The notes beneath the pieces were generated by a model. It worked only from the letters and a program-made list of their open reading frames with translations. It was not told the DNA's origin and did no database searches. This document shows positions 29,919-38,082 of a stretch of DNA of 64,000 nucleotides, piece after piece. The translations under genes were made by a program, and so were the position numbers. How positions within the stretch are numbered: the first letter of the stretch is position 1; every line of letters begins with the position of its first letter. The stretch spans positions 1-64,000 of the IMG/VR virus record IMGVR_UViG_3300023179_003795; one strand, given 5' to 3'. The stretch is from a virus. Its lineage: Duplodnaviria; Heunggongvirae; Uroviricota; Caudoviricetes.

Positions 29919-29939
29919 ACGACAAAACTATAATATAAT

Positions 29940-29970
29940 TTTGACAATACCAAATATTTTTTTATCTTTG
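29940..29970 (+). promoter_or_regulatory. Bacteroidetes-type sigma-A promoter (TTTG-N19-TATCTTTG)
   Basis: TTTG at 29940..29943, a 19-nt spacer, then TAtcTTTG at 29963..29970, with the ATG of 29975..30301 4 nt downstream. This would give a nearly leaderless transcript. Confidence 0.4.
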
Positions 29971-29974
29971 TGAA

Positions 29975-30301
29975 ATGAGAACGTTAAAAAAACAATATTT
30001 CATATCAGATATTGATATGTGGTCTTCCGTACGTGGTGAAAATCTACATAAAATAAGATATAATGGAGTAAAATGTTCTTTTGATGGGTATGATTTTTTG
30101 AATAATCAAGGTAAGATAATATTTTCTTATCATAGTTGTTACCATAGTACCCCTATTCAAAGGATACGTATTATAAAAAAAGGTATAAGGTTTAAATTAC
30201 TATCTATTGTTGAAAACGATGGTATAAAAAATTATTTAGGTAAAAATATTAAAACCGGAGAATTAATAACATTTAGTTGGGAACAAATAACTTTTATATA
30301 A
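29975..30301 (+). CDS. Hypothetical protein
   Basis: 108 aa plus-strand ORF in a short plus-strand island. Confidence 0.45.
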   Translation: MRTLKKQYFISDIDMWSSVRGENLHKIRYNGVKCSFDGYDFLNNQGKIIFSYHSCYHSTPIQRIRIIKKGIRFKLLSIVENDGIKNYLGKNIKTGELITFSWEQITFI

Positions 30302-30304
30302 AAA

Positions 30305-30523
30305 ATGAAAAATCAATATAAACAAAGACAGAGACAGATTGAAAAATCAATTAAAGGTGATCATATTCAAAATCAAGACTATTTCTTAGATTTAATGATT
30401 TTACAAGAAAAACGTAAGAAAAAAGAAAGTAAACCCAGATTGGTTTTAAAAAATGGTCAATTAAACATTAAAAGATTGTTTAATAATGGGGTTCCTTTTA
30501 GTTGGGAAGATAACCCCCTTTAA
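30305..30523 (+). CDS. Hypothetical basic small protein
   Basis: 72 aa, starting 4 nt after the previous stop. Confidence 0.4.
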   Translation: MKNQYKQRQRQIEKSIKGDHIQNQDYFLDLMILQEKRKKKESKPRLVLKNGQLNIKRLFNNGVPFSWEDNPL

Positions 30524-31389
30524 TGGGAGTTGTAGGTTTCTAATAATTCCCTTATTTCAATTAATTGTTCTAATTTAAGTTCTTCGTATTTAACCGGAAA
30601 AGATGTTTCTTCTGTATTGTATTTATACCCACCATATACTACAACTTCAACATGATCAGAATAAAATTGTTCAATTAAGGCAACTTCATTTTCTTCATCT
30701 TCAGGACTATACCCATAAACAATTGAATTACCACCCAATTCACCCATACTTATAAAACCTTCTTCTTCTTCAATTATTTCTTTAATCTCAGAAATATATT
30801 TTTGTTTTAGTTCTTCAGCCTCAATCTTTCGTTGATCAATTCTTCTAGGGATAAATAATTTACCTTTTTTAGATTGTTCCGATTCAGTTAGTGACATCAT
30901 TTTAATTAATTCATCATCTCTATATAAACCTTTAAACACTAAATTACCACGTATATTATATTCTTCCCATATACCATTTTTTAAATCATCTTTAAATGAA
31001 CCCCTTTCATATAATTTCCCATTTCCATAATATTCTTCCCATACACCATCTCTTTTACCATTAATATAACTTCCTTTATATTTTAATTGTCCATCATAAT
31101 GATAATATTCCCATATACCTTCTTTTTTATCATCTTTAAATAAACCTTTAGACCATAATTGTCCATTTTTATGATACCTTTCCCATATACCAATTTTCTT
31201 ACCATCATGTGTATATTGATTAATATGTTTCCCATCTACGATGGGTTGTTCCTTATTCCATTGGATAAATCGGGAATTCTCTCCTGATAATCTTCTAGGA
31301 ATAAATAATTTACCTTTTTTAGATTGTTCTGATTCAGTTATTGGTATGAATAATTTCTTTTTTTGTTCTTCAGTTATAATAATTTTCAT
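30520..31389 (-). CDS. MORN-repeat protein with N-terminal leader and an internal second leader copy
   Basis: 289 aa starting MKIIITEEQKKKLFIPITESEQSKKGKLFIPRRLSGENSRFIQWNKEQPIVDG, followed by 5-6 MORN repeats, a second LTESEQSKKGKLFIPRRIDQRK and an acidic C-terminal domain. About 90 aa are identical to part of 3298..5610. Confidence 0.75.
   Translation of the reverse strand: MKIIITEEQKKKLFIPITESEQSKKGKLFIPRRLSGENSRFIQWNKEQPIVDGKHINQYTHDGKKIGIWERYHKNGQLWSKGLFKDDKKEGIWEYYHYDGQLKYKGSYINGKRDGVWEEYYGNGKLYERGSFKDDLKNGIWEEYNIRGNLVFKGLYRDDELIKMMSLTESEQSKKGKLFIPRRIDQRKIEAEELKQKYISEIKEIIEEEEGFISMGELGGNSIVYGYSPEDEENEVALIEQFYSDHVEVVVYGGYKYNTEETSFPVKYEELKLEQLIEIRELLETYNSH
31083..31345 (-). repeat. Inverted copy of 4377..4639
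   Basis: See the paired feature. Confidence 0.8.
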
Positions 31390-31442
31390 ATCTATATAAA
31401 TACTTCAGAACATAAAAAAACCCCAATAAAGGGGTTTTAATT
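31390..31442 (-). promoter_or_regulatory. Terminator-promoter cassette, second copy
   Basis: Identical over about 68 nt to 23395..23462, including the hairpin aaaacccc-aataaa-ggggtttt and gtatttatatagatATG. Confidence 0.55.
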
Positions 31443-32387
31443 CTATTTAGATTTTTTTAACATCATTTTCTTATATCTTTGTCCTTTAACAGCCAAAGTG
31501 TGTGTATCTTTTATGTTAGTATCACTATATTTTTTAAATAATTGAATGGTTTTATTAAACATTCCAATCATTAATTTAATATCAGCCAAAGCGTTATGCC
31601 ATTCATCAATGTTTATTTTAAAGGCTGGTACCACAACACCCATAGAAGTTGAATAATACTTCTTTTCTTTCATTCTTGGAGTTCCATCAGGATTTAACTT
31701 AGGTTGTTTTGTTTTCCAATCCAAATCAGGTTCCATTACATTCCCATCAGGTCCTTTAACAGGTGTTAATAACTTACCTAAAAATTCACCAGCCAATTGA
31801 TTTCCACCTTTTTTTAATGACTTTAACATTGGTAAAAAGAATAATTTTAATATGTTATTTGTATCTAATACTGAAACATTTAATGGTTTTAATCCATATA
31901 GTTTCATTCGTGTATTAACCATTTTCATATCAAATGGTGCGTTATGAGCAATTAATATTGGTTTATCATATGAATTAACAAAGTTTGAAAAGTTTTCCAA
32001 TAAACTTTTTTCATCATAATAACTTCTTGTTCCGGGTGTTTCACCAAACCTTGTCATTTTAAGAACATCTCTTGGATCTTGAAACCTCTCACTAACCTTA
32101 ATCTTAGACCTCCAATTTTCATATTCAGAAGTTCCAGGTTTCATTCTTTTTTCAATATTGGGTAATAACTTAACTTTTTCGTAAAACTTGTCTAATACGT
32201 TAAAATTATTAAACTCACAAACCAAAGCCGCTATTTCTGTTAATTGTTCTGTTCTTGGTGAAAACCCTGTTGTTTCCGTATCAAAAAAGATAAGTGTATT
32301 ATCATTTAACCCTTCAATATAAACCAATACATCTTCAATTGACATACCGAAAAATCTACCTTTTTTTAATGATTTTTTCATAACCAC
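31443..32387 (-). CDS. DEDDh 3'-5' exonuclease (DnaQ/epsilon-like)
   Basis: 314 aa with Exo I IFFDTETTG, Exo II IAHNAPFDMKM and Exo III HNALADIKLM. Confidence 0.8.
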   Translation of the reverse strand: MVMKKSLKKGRFFGMSIEDVLVYIEGLNDNTLIFFDTETTGFSPRTEQLTEIAALVCEFNNFNVLDKFYEKVKLLPNIEKRMKPGTSEYENWRSKIKVSERFQDPRDVLKMTRFGETPGTRSYYDEKSLLENFSNFVNSYDKPILIAHNAPFDMKMVNTRMKLYGLKPLNVSVLDTNNILKLFFLPMLKSLKKGGNQLAGEFLGKLLTPVKGPDGNVMEPDLDWKTKQPKLNPDGTPRMKEKKYYSTSMGVVVPAFKINIDEWHNALADIKLMIGMFNKTIQLFKKYSDTNIKDTHTLAVKGQRYKKMMLKKSK

Positions 32388-32430
32388 AAAGATAATAATA
32401 ATTTTTTAATTACCAAACATTTTATTTTTT

Positions 32431-32691
32431 TTAATATTTGGTTATTTTTAATGTTAACTTACCATTACCTTTTATTGCTCTATGCCATTGATGTTTTGGT
32501 ATTTCTATCTTACCTTCCATTTTAATTGGTAATTCATTATCTCTTTGAAACATCCAATCTGTTTCACCAATTACCTCAACAATCCTATCTTCATTATCCC
32601 GATGCCAAGAAAGTTCTTGACTATCTAACTCAGCATCAAACTCTCTTATAACAACATTTGTATCAATTTCTTTATCTAAATATGGTTTCAT
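32431..32691 (-). CDS. Hypothetical protein
   Basis: 86 aa ORF. Confidence 0.4.
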   Translation of the reverse strand: MKPYLDKEIDTNVVIREFDAELDSQELSWHRDNEDRIVEVIGETDWMFQRDNELPIKMEGKIEIPKHQWHRAIKGNGKLTLKITKY

Positions 32692-32694
32692 AAC

Positions 32695-33216
32695 TTATTT
32701 GTATCCAATATAAACTTGTGGATAGATATATCCTTCAGGGTATTTATTTAATAATTGTATTGTTCTATGCCATCCTTCCAATAATTCATATTTTTCACCT
32801 TTCTTTAAAAGAATTATAGGTTCTGTTGGCATATTACCTTGTATTTTTTTTGCTTGGTATTGATGTCTTTTTAAATCATTTGGAACATTAAAAGGATTTT
32901 TTAAACCACCTTCACGTTGTTTCATATATTGAATTGTTGACGCACCAAAAATATCCAATGAAATAGGGAAATCCTTTTTAAGTTTCCATTTATAATCACC
33001 GTATTCTTTAACCAAAATCTTCATTTCTTCATAGGTGTATGGTCTTTCATTCTTCTTAGCAAATATATCCATTATAATATAATTGGGCATATTTGGAAAT
33101 GTTTCCCTAAACCAATTCAATTGATCTAATTTCCAACCTTGTTTTGTTCTTGGATAATCTTTAAACTCCAAATCATCAACAACCTCTTTTAATATTTTTC
33201 TTATTAAATGTTTCAT
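32695..33216 (-). CDS. Hypothetical protein (weak ParB/Srx-like [LI]-x-[DE]-G-x-H-R motif: YELLEGWHRT)
   Basis: 173 aa. The single motif is suggestive only. Confidence 0.4.
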   Translation of the reverse strand: MKHLIRKILKEVVDDLEFKDYPRTKQGWKLDQLNWFRETFPNMPNYIIMDIFAKKNERPYTYEEMKILVKEYGDYKWKLKKDFPISLDIFGASTIQYMKQREGGLKNPFNVPNDLKRHQYQAKKIQGNMPTEPIILLKKGEKYELLEGWHRTIQLLNKYPEGYIYPQVYIGYK

Positions 33217-33235
33217 ACGTTATTATTTTTTTATT

Positions 33236-33904
33236 TTAAGAAATTGGGTTAAGTTTTAGTAATCTCGTTCTATCCCAATCATTAAATTTAGTTAAATGTT
33301 TTTTTGTTACATAAATAGGTTCTTTATCATTAACATTTATTTCACCATTTTTAAAAGATAATTTTAAATCCTTTTTGGTTTTTTGATTAAAACCAACAAC
33401 ATTATCCGGATAGTTTTTAATCAGTTTTTGCCAAATACCAAATCTACTTAATTCCGTTTGTGTGGAGTCACTATATATCGGTTTTTTAAATTTTTTGCTT
33501 AACCCAACATATATTTTATATCCTAATTCTTTTCCCCTGCTTTCTAATGTAGATGATATTATTCCTACTTTGAAACCATCTAAATAATCATAAAACCCTA
33601 AATATAATATAGGTGTTAGTTTTTCGTTTAAAATAAACAATTTATAATTATCTTGTAGGTTCGGTCTATTAGTATCGTAAATGTGATTATTAAAACCGAT
33701 GTCTATTGACGTTATTTTTTTTCCATTATTTTTCGCATCTTCAAAAGAATAATTAATAAATTTTTCAAAGGAATCCATATTCGGAGCTGCATGATTTGGT
33801 TCAAATGGTGGTCTCATAATTATTTCATTTAAACATTTGTTTAATTCTTGTTCATTCAAAAACTCTCGTATTGTTGTTTTAATAAATTGTTTCAAATCTT
33901 TCAT
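33236..33904 (-). CDS. Hypothetical protein
   Basis: 222 aa ORF. Confidence 0.45.
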   Translation of the reverse strand: MKDLKQFIKTTIREFLNEQELNKCLNEIIMRPPFEPNHAAPNMDSFEKFINYSFEDAKNNGKKITSIDIGFNNHIYDTNRPNLQDNYKLFILNEKLTPILYLGFYDYLDGFKVGIISSTLESRGKELGYKIYVGLSKKFKKPIYSDSTQTELSRFGIWQKLIKNYPDNVVGFNQKTKKDLKLSFKNGEINVNDKEPIYVTKKHLTKFNDWDRTRLLKLNPIS

Positions 33905-33906
33905 AT

Positions 33907-35085
33907 TTACTTACTAAATTTAATAGCTCTATTAACCATTACTATATTTTCTTTAATCATATTTTCAATTGTTTCTTCATCAACATTCTTTTTAACAAAG
34001 AATACAATATTAGGATGTCTATCCGGTATTACTTCATAATTATCACCCACATAATGTTTAAACAAATCAATAAAATTATTTGATTTATAAATTCTCGCCA
34101 TTTGACTTTTAACTGTTGATATTGATATAACGTCAGGGTGGTATTTATCAATATACATTTCTAAAATAATTGGACACATACTAACCAATTTAAGCCATGC
34201 AGATACTGAACTATTAACATTATTATCTGTAAAATTAAAACCAATATTTACAACGCCACCTCTACCTTCATTAGCAACAATTTCACCTTCAATATCTAAA
34301 CCATTACCAACTATCGCAGTTATTGATTTATATTTTTCTTTAATATCTAAAATTTCTAAAGTTTGTTTTTTATCAAAACTTTCTTTTATTGAATCATAGG
34401 TTATTTGTTTAATGATATTTTTATTTTTATCATATATATTCCAAACACCAACCTTTTTACTACCTTTATAATGACCTGAAGCTAATAAATAACCTTGTTT
34501 TGTGTATAGTAACCACTCACCTTCTTTTTTACCATCCACATATTCACCAGACTTTTCAATCCTACCATTATCCCAATATTCTTCCCAATAACCATTCTTT
34601 TCAAGGTTATCATTATACTGATTTATGGATTTATCACCACTATTTAATTGATTGGTATTATGTTTTTTAATATAATCTTTTATATAGGTATCCACTAAAT
34701 TCATAATATTACTTGGTATATTAAATGGGTTTTTTTCTTTAATTGGAATACCTGTATTATTATTATCTGTTTTATCATACCAACCATTTAACTTTTTATA
34801 ATGATTGTCACTTAAACTAAAAAAATAACTATATTTTTTATCTTGTTCTTTTTTATTTATAAAATAAATCAAAATACCATTTTTAGAATATCTACTAAAA
34901 TGACTTTCATTGGACTTTACAGACACACACCACGAAGTAAATGCACCATACTTACAAGACGCATTATGAGTTAATGGTTTTACTACAACCCATTCATCAT
35001 TTTCATATATTTTATCACGCTCATTGGGTTTTACTTTACCTTCAATAAGAAAATCTTTTAATATTTTTACTATTAAATCTTTCAT
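33907..35085 (-). CDS. Hypothetical protein; member 5 of the C-x-YG-x-x-T-S-W-C paralog family with C-terminal MORN-like repeats
   Basis: 392 aa. Core is VVKPLTHNASCKYGAFTSWCVSVKSNESHFSRYSKNGILIYFI; later NGYWEEYWDNGRIEKSGEYVDGKKEGEWLLYTKQGYL is MORN-like. Confidence 0.7.
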   Translation of the reverse strand: MKDLIVKILKDFLIEGKVKPNERDKIYENDEWVVVKPLTHNASCKYGAFTSWCVSVKSNESHFSRYSKNGILIYFINKKEQDKKYSYFFSLSDNHYKKLNGWYDKTDNNNTGIPIKEKNPFNIPSNIMNLVDTYIKDYIKKHNTNQLNSGDKSINQYNDNLEKNGYWEEYWDNGRIEKSGEYVDGKKEGEWLLYTKQGYLLASGHYKGSKKVGVWNIYDKNKNIIKQITYDSIKESFDKKQTLEILDIKEKYKSITAIVGNGLDIEGEIVANEGRGGVVNIGFNFTDNNVNSSVSAWLKLVSMCPIILEMYIDKYHPDVISISTVKSQMARIYKSNNFIDLFKHYVGDNYEVIPDRHPNIVFFVKKNVDEETIENMIKENIVMVNRAIKFSK

Positions 35086-35204
35086 TTTATACTATAAATA
35101 CTAGTAATCTCGATATTTTTCATTACCTAACCTATATCTCATTATTTCTCTTTTAATATTTTTCTTATTAAATGTTTCATAATATATTGATTTACAAGTA
35201 GTTA

Positions 35205-36233
35205 TCACCAGTAACCTGAGGTGCTACCCTTAACAAGACCCGATTTATTTAATCTACACGCCCAATACCCTGCGGTCATTCTATCTTTCTTTTTAGGACA
35301 ATTGTGTCTTGCTGAAAAACTCTTTCTTGCTTTAGAATTACCTGTTTTCGCTTTTAAACCACCTTTTTTATCACCAAATGTAATCTTTTTTATATTACCT
35401 GTTGATGGGTTTTTAACATATACAACATACTTCTTACCTGAACCAGAGTTTCTTTTAATCTTACCCAATGGTGGATGTTTCTTTTCCTTTTCTTCAATGA
35501 TACTTTCAACTAATCCTTGTGATAAATCTGTCATATATTCATTCATTTCATTAGCATAAGTTTTACTATTTAATGTTCCTGTATAATAATCAGATTTTTC
35601 AAAATCAATAAAGTTTTCATAAGACAAATCACCCCAACCTTTTTCTTTAAGATATTCTTCAATTTCATCAACATCTACCTCACCACTAATATCATCATCA
35701 TCATACTCCCCACCATCATATTCAATTAAAAATACATCTAATGGAACTACCTCACCTCTAAACTTACCAAATCTACCAATATCAGTAGTTTCAAATAATT
35801 CTTCATCGTAATCATTTAATTCAATTGAACCATTATCATATAATCTTCTTGTTTCAGATAATAAATCAATATGGGCTTCACTACCTGATCTGTATATACT
35901 TTCATTAACAGATATACCATTTATTAAATGATATTTTAATTCTTCACTTATTACTTTTTTCATACCTATACTTTCATTTATATTTTTATTCCTTAATTCA
36001 TCCAAATATTTTTCAATACCATCACTATCTTCACGATCAAATACTTTTAATAATTTAACATTTTTAGTTGATATGGATTTACGATCCCCACCTTTTTTAA
36101 TATAAACCAATCTTTCATCCAATGCGTGTAATGGCACATCTTGGTATCTATATTTTTCATTGAAGTATCTCAATGGAATCATTATTTCTATTACCGCCGT
36201 TTTATTAGTCATATATGTCTTTATTATCTGCAC
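35205..36233 (-). CDS. Hypothetical protein with an acidic low-complexity core and a basic Cys-containing C-terminus
   Basis: 342 aa with EYDGGEYDDDDISGEVDVDEIEEYL and a C-terminal ...SFSARHNCPKKKDRMTAGYWACR. It overlaps the upstream gene by 29 nt; alternative starts are at 36212 and 36182. Confidence 0.5.
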   Translation of the reverse strand: MQIIKTYMTNKTAVIEIMIPLRYFNEKYRYQDVPLHALDERLVYIKKGGDRKSISTKNVKLLKVFDREDSDGIEKYLDELRNKNINESIGMKKVISEELKYHLINGISVNESIYRSGSEAHIDLLSETRRLYDNGSIELNDYDEELFETTDIGRFGKFRGEVVPLDVFLIEYDGGEYDDDDISGEVDVDEIEEYLKEKGWGDLSYENFIDFEKSDYYTGTLNSKTYANEMNEYMTDLSQGLVESIIEEKEKKHPPLGKIKRNSGSGKKYVVYVKNPSTGNIKKITFGDKKGGLKAKTGNSKARKSFSARHNCPKKKDRMTAGYWACRLNKSGLVKGSTSGYW

Positions 36234-37596
36234 TCATATTTATTATATAATATTTTTGACCTTTATATGTCCAAGTTATTGGTTCCGCTTTAGCGTCAAT
36301 ACAATATGTTGGATAATCTTTTACTAATCTATCTATATCAAAATAATTATCATAGATAAATAACATCCCAAGTAAACCATCAATATTACTATATTTTGGT
36401 GGTTGATTACCTGTTCCTTTATATTTATTTTTGTCATAAAACCCAACCGGATCTTCCATAAATTCTTTTTTTAAGTCATTAATTTCAGGTGATTTTTCAA
36501 TTTCAGCGTCGGTAAGATTATCAATATCGTATTCATTAAAAAATCTAAAACGACTACTATCCATCAATATATCATTAAATAAATCATCCCAAGAAAAATA
36601 TCTTAAAATTTTATTTTCACCAACAAATTTAATTAAATTATTTGTTTTGGTTTTACTTGAATTTAAAATATCGTATTTATCCATATCCTCTATAACATCA
36701 CCTATTGTTTCATCATTAACAACAATATATTCCCCAATAGTTCTTTGACCCCTATTAAGTTTTTTACGTAAATAAAATTTTGAGTCTTCAATAAACATAA
36801 TTTCAGGAAAATAATTATCACCAAGAGATTTAGTCCAATTATCAAATGCTTTAGCCATTAATTGTTTAGGTTTATCAATTATATTAGTTTTCCAATAGTT
36901 TTTTATACTACTACTAACTTTTTTTGGGTATATAATACTACCAGCATAATCATCATATTCAATTTTATCCACATCACCAAATTTAACCGTTAATCTATCA
37001 TCTATAGCATTATATCCTTGAACCTGACCAAAAGCATCAACAAATAACGCTGTTTTATAGTCATTACCATTACTAACTTTATTTAAGATAAAAAACAAAT
37101 TACCTTTTTCCATATAATCTTCGTATGTTGATTCATCTGTAACACACCATCTCGTTCCTTTACCATAAAAACAAGAAGCCTCCGCTGTTGATGGATATAA
37201 TATGACAATACCATCAAACTCATCAACCATATCGATATCATTCTTTAATTGTATCTTTTTGTTCGACCTTTGAAAAGCCTTTTCAGCCGCCATTAAAAAT
37301 GAATCTATATCATTATATGAATACAAATCAGTTGATAACTCAGTATTTTTAAATCTTTGTGGATAGTTATCTAATACTAGTAAAGCATCTCCAACCTTAT
37401 CCCAATATTCGTTATCAAAATATCTAACATTTCTAATACCAAACTCTTCAACAAATCTCTGATATAACCAATAGAGATATTTTTTATTTGGTGAAGGATC
37501 ATAGGGATATAACTCAGATATTAGTTTTGATTCTAATGTGGTTGATTCTGGTATATTATACTTTTTTAAAAATTTTTCTAAAAAATTTTCTTCCAT
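36205..37596 (-). CDS. Hypothetical protein; member 6 of the C-x-YG-x-G-T-R-W-C paralog family
   Basis: 463 aa. Core is VILYPSTAEASCFYGKGTRWCVTDESTYEDYMEKGNLFFIL, with an N-terminal DPSPNKKYLYW motif. Confidence 0.7.
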   Translation of the reverse strand: MEENFLEKFLKKYNIPESTTLESKLISELYPYDPSPNKKYLYWLYQRFVEEFGIRNVRYFDNEYWDKVGDALLVLDNYPQRFKNTELSTDLYSYNDIDSFLMAAEKAFQRSNKKIQLKNDIDMVDEFDGIVILYPSTAEASCFYGKGTRWCVTDESTYEDYMEKGNLFFILNKVSNGNDYKTALFVDAFGQVQGYNAIDDRLTVKFGDVDKIEYDDYAGSIIYPKKVSSSIKNYWKTNIIDKPKQLMAKAFDNWTKSLGDNYFPEIMFIEDSKFYLRKKLNRGQRTIGEYIVVNDETIGDVIEDMDKYDILNSSKTKTNNLIKFVGENKILRYFSWDDLFNDILMDSSRFRFFNEYDIDNLTDAEIEKSPEINDLKKEFMEDPVGFYDKNKYKGTGNQPPKYSNIDGLLGMLFIYDNYFDIDRLVKDYPTYCIDAKAEPITWTYKGQKYYIINMSADNKDIYD

Positions 37597-38048
37597 TACA
37601 TATTTTTAATTTCATCAACAAGTTTTTTATTTAAACCAACTTTCTTAGATGTTTTATCGTCCAACCAATATACGTCAGCATATTTACCACTTTTAGGGTG
37701 TTTTAAATAAGGTCCAAGTTCAAACTTACCACCTTCAAGTTTTCTTTTACCCCAATCACTAATAAGACTTTTCGCTTCATTATGTACCTCACTTTCTAAC
37801 TCTTTGTTTTCCTCATCCTTAGCACCTTGCTTACCTTTAAACCTTATAGATAATACAGCACCAGATGGTTCACCCAATTCAACATTAACGTGATCTCCGT
37901 GTCTTTTTGATAAGTCTTTGAAGTCACCGTATAAATCTTTAATGTGTGATTTTAATTTGTCGAACGTTACTTCATTAAACGCCCATCCTTCATTCATTAA
38001 TTCATTTGCCAATCTATCAATTTGGCTTTCTGTTAATCTTATTTTCAT
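37596..38048 (-). CDS. Hypothetical protein with a leader-like N-terminus (MKIRLTESQIDRLANELMNEGWAF)
   Basis: 150 aa. The start follows ctatttatatataaataaaaaaaacatacaaatATG. Confidence 0.5.
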   Translation of the reverse strand: MKIRLTESQIDRLANELMNEGWAFNEVTFDKLKSHIKDLYGDFKDLSKRHGDHVNVELGEPSGAVLSIRFKGKQGAKDEENKELESEVHNEAKSLISDWGKRKLEGGKFELGPYLKHPKSGKYADVYWLDDKTSKKVGLNKKLVDEIKNM

Positions 38049-38082
38049 ATTTGTATGTTTTTTTTATTTATATATAAATAGT

